64,000 nucleotides of DNA, from the NCBI GenBank assembly GCA_963835575.1, contig CAWIGG010000006.1, positions 192,001 to 256,000 on the forward strand. Reading direction: 5' to 3'. Numbering within the stretch: the stretch's first letter is position 1; every line of letters starts with the position of its first letter. Origin of the DNA: an uncultured Spirochaetota bacterium (GTDB taxonomy: Bacteria; Spirochaetota; Brevinematia; Brevinematales; JAOACQ01). The notes below the pieces were generated by a model. The model saw only the letters and a list, made by a program, of their open reading frames with translations. It was not told where the DNA came from and searched no databases. The translations under genes and the position numbers were made by a program. Of the stretch, positions 21,426 to 31,844 are shown one piece after another.

Positions 21426-22376
21426 TCACATATATTTTTTTAGGAAGTTTAGCATCTCTTCCGGATGATTGCCGAAATAATTATAGCCGTCAAAACGCTC
21501 TTTTCCCTCTATCCATAAAAGCCTCTTTACTGCCGGTGTATTTTGATAGAAGCCCTCAATATCCTCATTGGTGGTCCATGGGTCGGCTTTGACCTGCACA
21601 TACAGGACCGGAACAGTAATATCCTTGACATAATTTTTTGGTGACATTTCCTCCAGACTGTAGCCGGTAAAATCCTTTGCTTTTTTATTGACATCGGTAT
21701 AGAAAAACGAAAAGAGGGGATATTTATTTTTTATCAGGCATTGTGTGAAGACATCGGCGGATACCGGCTGAACGGCGATCAGGCATCTGACATTTTTAAA
21801 TTTCTCCCTGGCTTTGCTCATCGCGATGATAGTTGAATTGGCCCCCATGCAGTGGCTGACAAAGCCGGTCTTTTTACTCTTTAAATCGCTTCTTCCCGAG
21901 ATATAATCCAGCGCTCCGGCCAGGTCCTGCCATTCGAAAAGCCCGACGGCGGAGTACCCGTTATTTGCCGGATCGCTTTCGCCATGATTGCGGAAATCGA
22001 ATGTCAGTACGGAATAGCCGGCGCCGTTCAGCGCTTTTGCCGTTTTCATAAATTCCACGTCAAGGTCTGTGACTTTAAAAAGGCCCTGGTCTTTCGCCGA
22101 AAAGCCGTATTTTGTAAATATCATCGGGTGGGTCATGATGATGAGCTTTTCTGAAGTCCCCGGAATATACCACCCTTTAATTTTTACTCCGTCGATCGAT
22201 TTAAAATCAATACTTTCATACTTCATTCCATAATCCCGGGGTGTTTTTAAGACCGGCTGCCTTTTTGGTTTAATCAGTGAATCCGTCAAGAATGACGGCA
22301 TATAAATATAAGCGAATATGCCGAGGATCACAATAAATATGAGCGATGATATAACTTTTTGAATTCTCATTATCAA
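21426..22376 (-). CDS. Membrane-anchored alpha/beta hydrolase
   Basis: N-terminal TM, DGVKIKGWYIP, FDFRNHGES, SHCMGA at the nucleophile elbow. Confidence 0.85.
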   Translation of the reverse strand: MIMRIQKVISSLIFIVILGIFAYIYMPSFLTDSLIKPKRQPVLKTPRDYGMKYESIDFKSIDGVKIKGWYIPGTSEKLIIMTHPMIFTKYGFSAKDQGLFKVTDLDVEFMKTAKALNGAGYSVLTFDFRNHGESDPANNGYSAVGLFEWQDLAGALDYISGRSDLKSKKTGFVSHCMGANSTIIAMSKAREKFKNVRCLIAVQPVSADVFTQCLIKNKYPLFSFFYTDVNKKAKDFTGYSLEEMSPKNYVKDITVPVLYVQVKADPWTTNEDIEGFYQNTPAVKRLLWIEGKERFDGYNYFGNHPEEMLNFLKKYM

Positions 22377-22446
22377 TCAGTCTCCTTTTTAATCCGGATT
22401 ATTAAAAAAACAGATTTGATTTAATATTTATATAAAGATAGTTTGA

Positions 22447-22896
22447 TTATTGGATGCTTTCTTTTTTTGAGGCAATCTCGTCCCGGTGATTAAACTCCTC
22501 TCCGGCGATCTTTTCAATACCATCTCCGATCTTTAAATAAAATTCTGCCAGCTTTTTATAATAGTCCGCGATGCTGAGATACAGTTTTCCTATGTTTTCC
22601 TCGCCCCGGGCCAGGTTATCAACGCTTTTATTCAAATTGGGTTCTTTAATGGCCTCATAAAACAGATTGTCTTTGATATGGGTATGAAGGGCCGATACCG
22701 CACTGACATTAAAAGTCGGCTTAACGGTATTTACTCCCATTTTTTTAATGGACATACTGTGTTCACTGCACTGCTTGACCATAAACTCCAGAACTGATTT
22801 CATTCTGGCGAAACGGGAAATGGAAGAGAGCTTCCTGTACATCATTGTCAAATCATCTTCAAGCTGGATGATGAGATCGAAAATTTGTTCATCCAT
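22447..22896 (-). CDS. Hypothetical protein, ferritin-like helical bundle
   Basis: E...Y helices and IAGEEFNH (ExxH); GGAGG RBS. Confidence 0.6.
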   Translation of the reverse strand: MDEQIFDLIIQLEDDLTMMYRKLSSISRFARMKSVLEFMVKQCSEHSMSIKKMGVNTVKPTFNVSAVSALHTHIKDNLFYEAIKEPNLNKSVDNLARGEENIGKLYLSIADYYKKLAEFYLKIGDGIEKIAGEEFNHRDEIASKKESIQ

Positions 22897-23027
22897 ATAA
22901 TCCCTCCAATTATTAAAATAGCCCTCAATATCATATTAAAAAACTGTTGAAATATCAATATAATATATCTAAAATTTCAAAAAACAAGGCTAAATTAAAA
23001 CTTTCAAAGTTGAACTCTTTTCATTAT

Positions 23028-23057
23028 TTGACAGCCGGTTTTTATTTATGATACAAT
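23028..23057 (+). promoter_or_regulatory. Putative sigma70 promoter
   Basis: TTGACA-N18-TACAAT with extended TG. Confidence 0.55.
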
Positions 23058-23076
23058 TTAATAAGTAACCCAATAT

Positions 23077-23203
23077 GAAACGGATTATCTTTAATAATAA
23101 TAAAAAGAATCAGTGAATCCCGAGTCCCCCGGTTAAACCGGGGGAAATCGGGGGCGTGTCATCCGTGAAATCAGTGTGATGAACTTGTGCTGAGCCTGTC
23201 GCA
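23077..23203. repeat. Degenerate nested repeat cluster
   Basis: ATCAGTG/ATCCGTG arms, hairpin CCCCGGTTAAACCGGGG inside CCCGA...TCGGG, REP-like ACTTGTGCTGAGCCTGTCG. Confidence 0.65.
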
Positions 23204-23232
23204 TCGGATATTATAAAAAAGGAAGGTCTGAT

Positions 23233-23781
23233 ATGAATAATCCGAAAAAGGTCCTCGGTATAATCGGCAGTCCCCGTAAAGGCGGGAATACGGAAATAAT
23301 AACAGACAGCATATTGAAGGGAGCGCGGGAAGCCGGCGCGCTGATAGAAAAGGTCCGTTTAACAGACCTGAATATTAGTCCCTGCCTTGCCTGCGAATCG
23401 TGCGCGGATACAAGGATTTGCGTCCAGAAGGACAATATGCCGGCGCTTCTGAAGAAGATGAAAGAAAGCGATGTCTGGATAATGGGAACGCCTGTTTATT
23501 ACCAGGGGCCGACAGCGCAGTTTAAGGCCTTTCAGGACCGCTGGTTCGGCGCTCAGCCTATTTTTGAAGGCAGGCCGGTTGTTTTAGTGATACCCCTTGG
23601 AGACACGGATAAAAAAGCCGCCGGGCATACGGCCGGATACCTGCAGAATTCTTTAAGCTATGTCAGGGCAAAAGTCATATCGACAATAGTTGCGCCCGGA
23701 GTTTACGCGCCAGGCGATGTGCTGAAGTTTCCGGAATTGCTGGAAAAAGCTTATCAAATAGGACGTGACGCCGTAATGTAA
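23233..23781 (+). CDS. Iron-sulfur flavoprotein / NADPH-dependent FMN reductase family
   Basis: GSPRKGGNT, CLACESC...C, GTPVY. Confidence 0.9.
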   Translation: MNNPKKVLGIIGSPRKGGNTEIITDSILKGAREAGALIEKVRLTDLNISPCLACESCADTRICVQKDNMPALLKKMKESDVWIMGTPVYYQGPTAQFKAFQDRWFGAQPIFEGRPVVLVIPLGDTDKKAAGHTAGYLQNSLSYVRAKVISTIVAPGVYAPGDVLKFPELLEKAYQIGRDAVM

Positions 23782-23793
23782 ATATCCGTTGAA

Positions 23794-24384
23794 TTATTTA
23801 TAATTCTCAGGGAATAAGAGCCTTTCCGTTCCTTCTATTATAATATGAAGGATGGTCATATGGACTTCCTGGGCTTTGTCCGATGTCCGGCAGGGTATGA
23901 TAAACTCAAAGTCGCTTTTGCCCTTTAATTTGCCGCCGTCCCGCCCGAGGAGCGCGACGGATGTAATTCCCTCCGCTTTGCATTTTTCAACGGCTTTTAT
24001 AATATTCGGCGAATTCCCGCTTGTGGTAATGCCGATAAAGACATCGCCTTTTTTTCCATGGGCTTCTATACTTCTGGCGAACACGTCGTCAAAACCGAAA
24101 TCGTTGGCCACGGCCGTGATATGGGCCGGGTCTGTAAAGGCGATGACGGGCAGGGGCTTTCTGTCCTGCCTGAATTTCCCCGTGAATTCCTCGGCAAAGT
24201 GCATCGCGTCGCAGGCGCTGCCGCCGTTGCCGGCCGCCATGACTTTATTCCCTCTTTTAAAGGTTTCAGATATGAGTTGGGAAACGGCCGCTGTTTCAGC
24301 AAAGTTTTTCTCATCTAAACAGAATTTGCTTAAAATCTCAAGAGATTCCAGGTAAGACGCTTTAATTTGTTCTTTCATAAGCAT
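23794..24384 (-). CDS. gmhA: Phosphoheptose isomerase (SIS domain)
   Basis: GNGGSACDAMHFAEE, ANDFGF, TTSGNSPN, QEVH. Confidence 0.93.
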   Translation of the reverse strand: MLMKEQIKASYLESLEILSKFCLDEKNFAETAAVSQLISETFKRGNKVMAAGNGGSACDAMHFAEEFTGKFRQDRKPLPVIAFTDPAHITAVANDFGFDDVFARSIEAHGKKGDVFIGITTSGNSPNIIKAVEKCKAEGITSVALLGRDGGKLKGKSDFEFIIPCRTSDKAQEVHMTILHIIIEGTERLLFPENYK

Positions 24385-24634
24385 TCTCCTTTTGCATGAT
24401 AAATTTGACCGCGAACAGGACCATAATGATTCCGGCGGTTATATTCAAACCGGTTATAAATATTTTCGGCATAAAATAATGTAATAAAGAGCCCGGCAAC
24501 CCGGCGAAGGCCGGGGAAATAATTTTCGAACTGACTGAGCCGGAGCTGAAGAGGATCAAATTCTTTCTTTTTTAAAATTCCGGCCCTGCCGCTATCTGCA
24601 GAAGCATACCGAATCCGAACCCTTTTATAAACAT
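24362..24634 (-). pseudogene. LysE-family translocator remnant (internally deleted, premature stop)
   Basis: ATG at 24634 reads MFIKGFGFGMLLQIAAGP then stops; a later frame gives LNITAGIIMVLFAVKF, like a LysE C-terminal helix; total only ~270 bp. Confidence 0.6.
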
Positions 24635-24824
24635 TATGTAATCCTTTATCAAAATGGAGCCGCTAATATTATATAGTTCACGGTGGTATTCTTCAAATAA
24701 TCACCGGAGACAGCATTCACGTATACCGTCTTCGGCGTTGAAACAATGTATATTTATAAAATTGGCAGAGAATGCGTTGTATCTTTATAATATGCCTGAT
24801 GTCTTTTTGAATGCGGAGATTTGT

Positions 24825-25535
24825 ATGCTTGATATCAGTAAAATCATTGATGGCATTCTTGCCGAAGAAAAGGATTTCATTTACGGATTTGCCGATCTGA
24901 AAGGCCTTGTTCATAAAAAATTCAAGGGCTATGATTACGCCGTATCCATCGGCAGGAAGCTGGACAACGGCATCATTGACGGCATAGAAAACGGCCCGAC
25001 GCCGGAATATTACGAACATTATTACTCTATTAATAAAATTCTTCAGGAGACGGTAAATAAGATTTCAGAAAGGCTGAATGATTATAAAATAGACAATTTC
25101 CCGGTAAAACCGACTGTCACTGATGAAGAGCTTGACAAAGAGGAAGGTAAAACATTGACCGCGCTTTTTTCTCACAAAATGGCCGCGACACGGGCGGGGC
25201 TCGGCTGGATAGGCAAAACAGACCTCTTTGTGTCTAAAAAGTTCGGGCCGAGGCTGAGGCTCGCTGCGGTCCTGGTAAGAGAAAAATTGCCTGTTCCGGA
25301 ATTTCCTATAAATGAAAGCCTCTGCGGACAGTGTGATCTATGCGTTGTCCTGTGTCCGGCGGAAGCGGCCAACGGTAAATTGTGGAATACCGGAATGAAA
25401 AGGGAAGATTTTTATAACGCTGATAGATGCAGGAAAAAATGCCGGGAATTGACTTTAAAGAATACCGGCAGAAATGAAAGCCTCTGCGGGATCTGCGTGA
25501 GCGTCTGCCCTGTGGGGAAAGGCTCGGGGAAATAG
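24825..25535 (+). CDS. QueG-like 4Fe-4S protein (epoxyqueuosine reductase family)
   Basis: FSHKMAATRAGLGWIGK, FGPRLRL, CGQCDLCVVLCP, CGICVSVCP. Confidence 0.85.
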   Translation: MLDISKIIDGILAEEKDFIYGFADLKGLVHKKFKGYDYAVSIGRKLDNGIIDGIENGPTPEYYEHYYSINKILQETVNKISERLNDYKIDNFPVKPTVTDEELDKEEGKTLTALFSHKMAATRAGLGWIGKTDLFVSKKFGPRLRLAAVLVREKLPVPEFPINESLCGQCDLCVVLCPAEAANGKLWNTGMKREDFYNADRCRKKCRELTLKNTGRNESLCGICVSVCPVGKGSGK

Positions 25536-25742
25536 CCGCGGAGACACCCTTCGGCAGGCTCAGGCTCAGGGTCGGGGCCGGGCGCCGGGCACGGAGTAAT
25601 AATGAAATGAAATTAGAATTTAGGGGTGATGGGAATTATTCTAAATTAAATTAAAATTTTCTTCTTCCCAAAATACAACTTTTGGTATAAAATTTAGAAA
25701 AGACGGTGAGTATTTATAAATAGAATTTTCTCTGTGTTCTCT

Positions 25743-27443
25743 CAGACTGTGTGAAAAAGGCGGTGTAAGACAATAAAGGCGGAGAAAAATCCTCAAATTT
25801 ATTTTAATAAGGTATAATATGTAATCAAATTTGAGGTGTGTAAGATGAACCATATAACAGGAGAGCCAAGAGACCAGATAGTACTTTACGCGGAAACTAT
25901 TGATGGTTTGATAGAAGAGAAGAACCCTGTAAGAATTATAGACGCATATGTGAGCAGACTAAACATCAGGAGGTTGGGATTCAAAATTAAAGAGGCGAAA
26001 AAAGGGCGTCCATCCTACACAGCGGATGTATTGTTGAAAATATATATTTACGGATATTTGAACAAAGTCAGGACCACGAGGAAATTAGAAAACGAATGTA
26101 AAAGGAATACGGAACTGATATGGCTGACCTGCCGCTTAGCGCCTGATTTTAAGACCATAGCGGATTTCAGAAGGGATAATATTAAGGGCATAAAAAACAT
26201 TTTCAAAGAGTTTTTGAAAGTATGCCGCAAATTAGAACTGCTGACATTTAAATTAACAGCGACAGATGGAACGAAAATAAGTGGGCAAAACAGTCTGGGT
26301 AATATTTATAGGCGGGAAAGCATTGAAGGAGTTGAGAAAAAGATTAATGAAAAAATAGACAAATATCTTTTGGAATTGGATAAAAATGATAAATCGGAAG
26401 AAAACGAGTTTGAGTTTTTATCCAGCAACATTGAAAAAAAGCTGGACAGCCTCAAGACAAGAAAAGAAAAAGTAGAAGCGATAAAAAAAATGTTTGAGGC
26501 CGATCCGGAACTTGAAATCGTTTACGGGAATGATCCCGACGGCAGAATTGGGAAAGATAAAGGGAAAACGGATGTTTTGTACAACGCGCAGATAGCAGTG
26601 GACGAAAAGAATAAATTGATTGTCGCGGTGGATGTAACCAATGAAAGTAATGATGTTCATCAAGCGGGAAATATGGTTAATAAAGTTGAAGAAATAAAGA
26701 AAGAACTTGAAGCCGAACCGGGATTAAAAACCATACATGTCCTGGATGCCGGATATTATTGCGAAAGTGAGATATTACCGCTTACAGACGGGGGTCATGA
26801 AATCTATATTCCAAGCCCGCGCGATGAAAAAGAAAAAAAGTCCAGGTACAAAGAGCAGCAGAAAGAAAGTATCCCGGCAAAAGGATATCTGGCAGAAGAT
26901 TTCAAGATTGATAAAGAGAAGAACCAGTTGATTTGTCCGCAAGGATTACGATTAAATAATCAAAGTGTATATCAGGATAAAAACACGGGGATTACTGTAG
27001 CGGAATTCAAGTGCAGGAACGAGAATTGTGAGAAGAAGCATTTATGCACAAAAAGCAAAGAAGGCAGGACGGTAAAGTTATCGGTGCGAAAGGAAGATAT
27101 GGATAAATTCGATGAGAAGGTCCGAAGTGAATTGGGGCAAAAGATTGTTGCAATCAGAAAAGAGTTGGCAGAACATCCATTTGGAACAATAAAAGGAAAT
27201 TTTGGTTATAATAATTTCTTGCTGAAGGGGATTGATAAAGTAAAAAGCGAGTTTAATTTCACGGCATTTATCTATAATTTTAAAAGAGTTCTGAATATTG
27301 CTGGTTTTGATAAGTTATTAGCCGCAATATAGTCTGAATTTCAATGATTATCAGTAATTTTTTATTCAGGCTCTTCTTTAAAGTAAGCAGGAACCTTTAG
27401 ATGCCTGATCTTATAAATGTATTCTCTTTTTTCACACAGTCTG
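25743..27443 (+). mobile_element. IS1182-family insertion sequence
   Basis: TIRs CAGACTGTGTGAAAAA / TTTTTCACACAGTCTG; 3-bp duplication TCT; single transposase. Confidence 0.93.
25845..27332 (+). CDS. IS1182-family transposase
   Basis: GRPSY...LLKIYIYGY, PDFKTIADFR, TDGTK, YNAQ, LDAGY, R...EHPFGTIK. Confidence 0.93.
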   Translation: MNHITGEPRDQIVLYAETIDGLIEEKNPVRIIDAYVSRLNIRRLGFKIKEAKKGRPSYTADVLLKIYIYGYLNKVRTTRKLENECKRNTELIWLTCRLAPDFKTIADFRRDNIKGIKNIFKEFLKVCRKLELLTFKLTATDGTKISGQNSLGNIYRRESIEGVEKKINEKIDKYLLELDKNDKSEENEFEFLSSNIEKKLDSLKTRKEKVEAIKKMFEADPELEIVYGNDPDGRIGKDKGKTDVLYNAQIAVDEKNKLIVAVDVTNESNDVHQAGNMVNKVEEIKKELEAEPGLKTIHVLDAGYYCESEILPLTDGGHEIYIPSPRDEKEKKSRYKEQQKESIPAKGYLAEDFKIDKEKNQLICPQGLRLNNQSVYQDKNTGITVAEFKCRNENCEKKHLCTKSKEGRTVKLSVRKEDMDKFDEKVRSELGQKIVAIRKELAEHPFGTIKGNFGYNNFLLKGIDKVKSEFNFTAFIYNFKRVLNIAGFDKLLAAI

Positions 27444-27482
27444 TCTGCGCACTCTGTGGTTTCAAACTAATAGAGGTAAAAC

Positions 27483-27983
27483 ATGGATGACGGAATTATC
27501 ATTAAAAAAATGTCTTCGGAATATATCGGGTCCTACGGCAGGTGCGTGGACAGCGTGGCCAGGGAACGGAAGTATCTTGCCGCCGTCGAGGGTTTTCCTC
27601 CGGAAAGAACAAAGGAATTTGTGAAAAAGATACTTGACTTCGATCTGCCCCAGTATATTGCCGTCAGGGGGGATGAAGTCATCGGCTGGTGCGACATCCT
27701 GCCGAAGGAATTCGAAGGACTTTCTCATGCCGGGCGGCTGGGTATGGGCATTAAAAAAGAATACAGGGGCCGGGGTATCGGAAGCTCTCTGATCGGTAAA
27801 ACGATCGAGCACGCGAAAAGGAACGGGCTGGAAAAGATAGAGCTTGAAGTTTTTGAGTCGAATAAAGACGCCATAAGGCTATATAAAAAGTACGGTTTTT
27901 TTAAGGAAGGAAGGCTGAAAAAATCCAGGAAGATTGACGGCCGGTATGATAATGTCATCCTGATGGGGAAATTTCTTAAATAA
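27483..27983 (+). CDS. GNAT N-acetyltransferase
   Basis: YRGRGIGS, LEVFESNKDAIRLYKKYGF. Confidence 0.9.
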   Translation: MDDGIIIKKMSSEYIGSYGRCVDSVARERKYLAAVEGFPPERTKEFVKKILDFDLPQYIAVRGDEVIGWCDILPKEFEGLSHAGRLGMGIKKEYRGRGIGSSLIGKTIEHAKRNGLEKIELEVFESNKDAIRLYKKYGFFKEGRLKKSRKIDGRYDNVILMGKFLK

Positions 27984-27998
27984 AGATGGAGGAAAACC

Positions 27999-28787
27999 AT
28001 GAAAACCAGAACCGCATTGATCACAGGGGCGACGAGCGGCATCGGCGCGGCGTTCGCGAAATGTTATACCGGAAAAGGATATGATTTAATACTGATAGGG
28101 AGGAGAAAGGCTAAATTAACCGCGCTGGCTGATGAATTATCGAAAAAATTCAATGTTAAAACGGAAGTCATAATAGCGGAGCTTTCAAATCCGAAAGCAA
28201 CCGAGTCAATAATTAAAAAAATCTATTCTATTAAAAATATAGAAGTGCTTGTGAATAACGCCGGTTACGGCGGTACCGTTAATTTTGATCGGGATACAAT
28301 AGGGAGCCAGATCCGTATGATGACGGTCCATAATGAAGTCCCGGTCAGGCTTACCCATGCCGTTCTTCCGCAGATGATGAAAAACAAAAAAGGTTTTATT
28401 GTCAACGTCTCCTCCGTGGCGTCATTTATCCCGACGCCTCAGGATATCCTGTACGGAACGACAAAAGCGTTTTTAAATAACTTTTCCGAGTCGCTGGCTG
28501 TAAGGTTAAAGTCCCATGGCATTAAAGTGCAGGCGCTCTGCCCGGGGTTTACCAGGACGGATTTTCATGAAAAGCTGGGAATGAAAAGGGAAGACCTGAA
28601 AAACAGGGGCTTGATGCTCTGGATGAGTCCCGATAAAGTGGTCAGGAGTTCCGTCAGATGCCTGAGGAAATTTAAACCTCTCTGCGTTCCAGGTATAACA
28701 TATAAGTTCTTCTATCTTATCATAAAGCTGCTGCCGGTTAATTTTCTCTCTTTTATTATGAGCCGGATGAAGCTGGCTGGGGAATAA
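27999..28787 (+). CDS. Short-chain dehydrogenase/reductase
   Basis: TGATSGIG, LVNNAG, YGTTK (YxxxK), CPGFTRT. Confidence 0.92.
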   Translation: MKTRTALITGATSGIGAAFAKCYTGKGYDLILIGRRKAKLTALADELSKKFNVKTEVIIAELSNPKATESIIKKIYSIKNIEVLVNNAGYGGTVNFDRDTIGSQIRMMTVHNEVPVRLTHAVLPQMMKNKKGFIVNVSSVASFIPTPQDILYGTTKAFLNNFSESLAVRLKSHGIKVQALCPGFTRTDFHEKLGMKREDLKNRGLMLWMSPDKVVRSSVRCLRKFKPLCVPGITYKFFYLIIKLLPVNFLSFIMSRMKLAGE

Positions 28788-28835
28788 AATATTTCCCGGC
28801 GGTTTTCCTGATATTATAAAAAACTCAATACCGGA

Positions 28836-30605
28836 TCAACTTTCCTTAATATTGCCGGAATACAGGGATTTAAACAGATCCGATCCCACCAGCACGATCA
28901 CCCCCAGCATGATGATCGCCAGGAACTGCAGCGGCAGGACAATGGTCATTCCCATCATAAAAGGCATATAACTGAAGAATGAAATCAGAATAATTATGAC
29001 CGAGACATAGGCATACCTGGGGAAATAGAACGCGTAAATAATCGAAAGGACATCCGCCGTTAAGAAGTACCTCTCATGCATATGGGGCATGAAAAAAGGA
29101 ACGATCAGCGCGATCAGTAAGGAAAGTTTTATCATAATATCCTTCCCGATTTTTTCACCTCTCCGGCAGACGATAAAAGTGAGGAACAGCACGGCCGCGA
29201 CGGTAAGCATGACGGCCGCAGGGGTAAAAGCCTGCCCGATTTTGTCAGTAATCCACTGGTAGAAATTCGGGCAGCCGATGGAAAGAACGCCGTACATTTT
29301 CGCCTGGTTGGAATAATTCATAAAAAGATCGCCGATGGGCCTGCCGAACAGAAACGCCGGGATGAAGGATGCGATGTAGACCGCGGGCAGGATAAAAAAG
29401 TATCTGAATTTTAAATCTTTATTCATAAACAGCACAAAGAAAACCGGCAGTATGAAGATCGCCTGGATTTTAAATGAGATTGCCAGGCCGTATGCCGCCA
29501 TTGCAGCGGCGCTCTTTCCCTTGAGAAGATAAAGGATTGAAAGGATTGCCAGGCCGACATAAATGACGTCGCATTGTCCCCAATAACTGCTGTTGAATAA
29601 TAGAGAGGGCGCAAAGAGAACCGCGAAAAAGGCAAAAGCGGCCCTTTCAGGTTTTTTCTTTTCCTGATATTTCATGCCCACGATGGAAGCGGCGATACCG
29701 GCCGTGAGGAAGTCAAAAATAAATATGATGATCTTGACCGCGGCGGCTTTGGCGATGGGGACATATGTCGCCAGGACCAGTAAATAGCTGAACAGCGGCG
29801 GATACTCGGAATACCCGTATTTGAGCGAGAAAATCCCGCCGTTTGCCTTGATGAAATTGTACCAATCGATGAATTCCTCAAAGTCGCCCGTTCTGAACTG
29901 GAGCATGAACACCCTGACTGCCGCAGCCGCGATTATCAGGGAATAAATCAATGCCTGGCTGGCCGGATCGGGGAATTTTTTGTTTAGCTTCAGGCTGTTG
30001 AAGATCATGACCATTAATACGATCAGGAGCAGGACCGAGATAACCATGATTATCTGGATCAGCAAATCCGAGTCGGACGGCTGGAGGTCCATGCTGTAGG
30101 CCCCTCCGTAATTGGTCATTTTTATCTCTATCCTGTTGTTGCCTTCTGAAAGGTAAGGGCTTAAATCGATATTGAATCCGTTGATGTAATCGCTGAGGGC
30201 GCCCTGGCCTATTCCCGTCAATGATACCTGACTGCCGTTAATGACGATGCTTTCCACCAGATCGTCGGGAATTATTTTTACCCAGTGCTGGGAAAACATA
30301 TTGAAGCTGATTGTCCCGTTAAAGACATATTCCATGGGATTTCCTTTGTCATGAAGCGGCAGGGTGATGTCCTTTTTAACGCCGTAAGGATCGGTAATGG
30401 TGGCGTTTTCGATTTTTATGGTTGTTAAAGTGGTAAATATACAGAGAATGACAAAAATCAGGAATATGAAGAAATACCAGTTTACCGCGATTTTTTTTAA
30501 ATTGATTTTCCAGTCTTTAAAAAATGCCCCGCATTTTTTAAGTAAATCCAGGCATGAATCGAGAACTTCTTTCCATGGCTTGACAAAAACATTTTCAAAA
30601 TTCAT
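28836..30605 (-). CDS. GT-C type membrane glycosyltransferase with an N-terminal extracytoplasmic domain
   Basis: Multi-TM; EYPP, NSSYWGQCD, FKIQA, MHERY motifs. Confidence 0.75.
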   Translation of the reverse strand: MNFENVFVKPWKEVLDSCLDLLKKCGAFFKDWKINLKKIAVNWYFFIFLIFVILCIFTTLTTIKIENATITDPYGVKKDITLPLHDKGNPMEYVFNGTISFNMFSQHWVKIIPDDLVESIVINGSQVSLTGIGQGALSDYINGFNIDLSPYLSEGNNRIEIKMTNYGGAYSMDLQPSDSDLLIQIIMVISVLLLIVLMVMIFNSLKLNKKFPDPASQALIYSLIIAAAAVRVFMLQFRTGDFEEFIDWYNFIKANGGIFSLKYGYSEYPPLFSYLLVLATYVPIAKAAAVKIIIFIFDFLTAGIAASIVGMKYQEKKKPERAAFAFFAVLFAPSLLFNSSYWGQCDVIYVGLAILSILYLLKGKSAAAMAAYGLAISFKIQAIFILPVFFVLFMNKDLKFRYFFILPAVYIASFIPAFLFGRPIGDLFMNYSNQAKMYGVLSIGCPNFYQWITDKIGQAFTPAAVMLTVAAVLFLTFIVCRRGEKIGKDIMIKLSLLIALIVPFFMPHMHERYFLTADVLSIIYAFYFPRYAYVSVIIILISFFSYMPFMMGMTIVLPLQFLAIIMLGVIVLVGSDLFKSLYSGNIKES

Positions 30606-30638
30606 ATAACCACCTCTTAAAATATTTCATATTTATTT

Positions 30639-31766
30639 TCAAGAATAATATTTTATAACCGCTTCCGCAACTTTCCCCGCGTCTGAAGCGGACAGGTCAA
30701 AATAGAGGGGAAGCCTCAGCAGCCTGCCGCTTTCGCGGGTGGTCCATTTATCCTCGCCGGAAAACCGTCCGTATTTCATTCCGGCAGGGGATGAATGAAG
30801 CGGTATATAGTGAAAGACGGCTTGTATTCCCTGCTTTTTCAGAATCTTGATAAGATCTGTTCTTACGTCCGTGTCAGCAGCCTTTATATAGAATATATGG
30901 CCGTTTGTTTCACAATGGGCGGGTACTGAAGGAAGCTCTATGGACCCTTTATCGGACAGGGGCTTCAGCATTTCAAAATAAAGTTTCCATAAATCGTTTC
31001 TTTTTTTGTTTATCAACCAGGAGTTTTCCAGCTGGGCATAGAGGAAGGCAGCGTTCAGTTCCGACATCAGGAATGAAGATCCGATATCAACCCAGGTGTA
31101 TTTATTAACAAATCCGCTGATGAATTTCGACCGGTTTGTCCCTTTTTCCCGGACGCAGTCCGCCTTTTCATGAAATTCCTCATCCCGGACCAGAATCGCG
31201 CCGCCTTCACCGCAGCCGCAATTCTTTGTGTCGTGGAAACTGATGCATCCGAAATGCCCCATTGTACCGGCAAAATTGCCCCGGTATTTCGATAAAAAAC
31301 CCTGCGCCAAGTCCTCGATGATAAATAAATTATGCTTCTTCGCGATATCGGCAATCGCGTCCATTTCGCAGGCGACGCCCGCGTAATGAACCGGCACAAT
31401 TGCCCTGGTTTTTGAGGTAATAGCCGCTTCTATCAGATTTTCATCGATGTTCATTGTGTCTGGGCGGATATCTACGAATACCGCTGTCGCTCCCCTTAGA
31501 ACAAAAGCATTGGCAGTTGATACAAATGTGAAGGATGGCATAATGACTTCGTCGCCCGGTTTGATATCAGCCAGAAGGGCGGCCATTTCCAGAGCCTGAG
31601 TGCATGAACCGGTCAGCATGACTTTAGGAGCGCCCATCGCTGATTCCATCCAGTTCTGGCATTTTTTTGTATATCCGCCGTCCCCGGATAATTTGCGGCT
31701 TTTAATGACAGCATTCAAGTATTTTCTTTCACGTCCTGTAATAAAAGGAATATTAAAAGGTATCAT
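30639..31766 (-). CDS. rffA: dTDP-4-amino-4,6-dideoxygalactose transaminase
   Basis: MIPFNIP, SCTQALEM, VPVHYAGVAC, SFHDTKN, GTNRSKF, AVFHYIPLH. Confidence 0.9.
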   Translation of the reverse strand: MIPFNIPFITGRERKYLNAVIKSRKLSGDGGYTKKCQNWMESAMGAPKVMLTGSCTQALEMAALLADIKPGDEVIMPSFTFVSTANAFVLRGATAVFVDIRPDTMNIDENLIEAAITSKTRAIVPVHYAGVACEMDAIADIAKKHNLFIIEDLAQGFLSKYRGNFAGTMGHFGCISFHDTKNCGCGEGGAILVRDEEFHEKADCVREKGTNRSKFISGFVNKYTWVDIGSSFLMSELNAAFLYAQLENSWLINKKRNDLWKLYFEMLKPLSDKGSIELPSVPAHCETNGHIFYIKAADTDVRTDLIKILKKQGIQAVFHYIPLHSSPAGMKYGRFSGEDKWTTRESGRLLRLPLYFDLSASDAGKVAEAVIKYYS

Positions 31767-31844
31767 TCTCCCATCCAAGGAAAATTTCTTTATTAAAAAG
31801 CGCGGGATCAATCGTCAAGGAAAGTAATCTTTTTCTGTTTTAAG

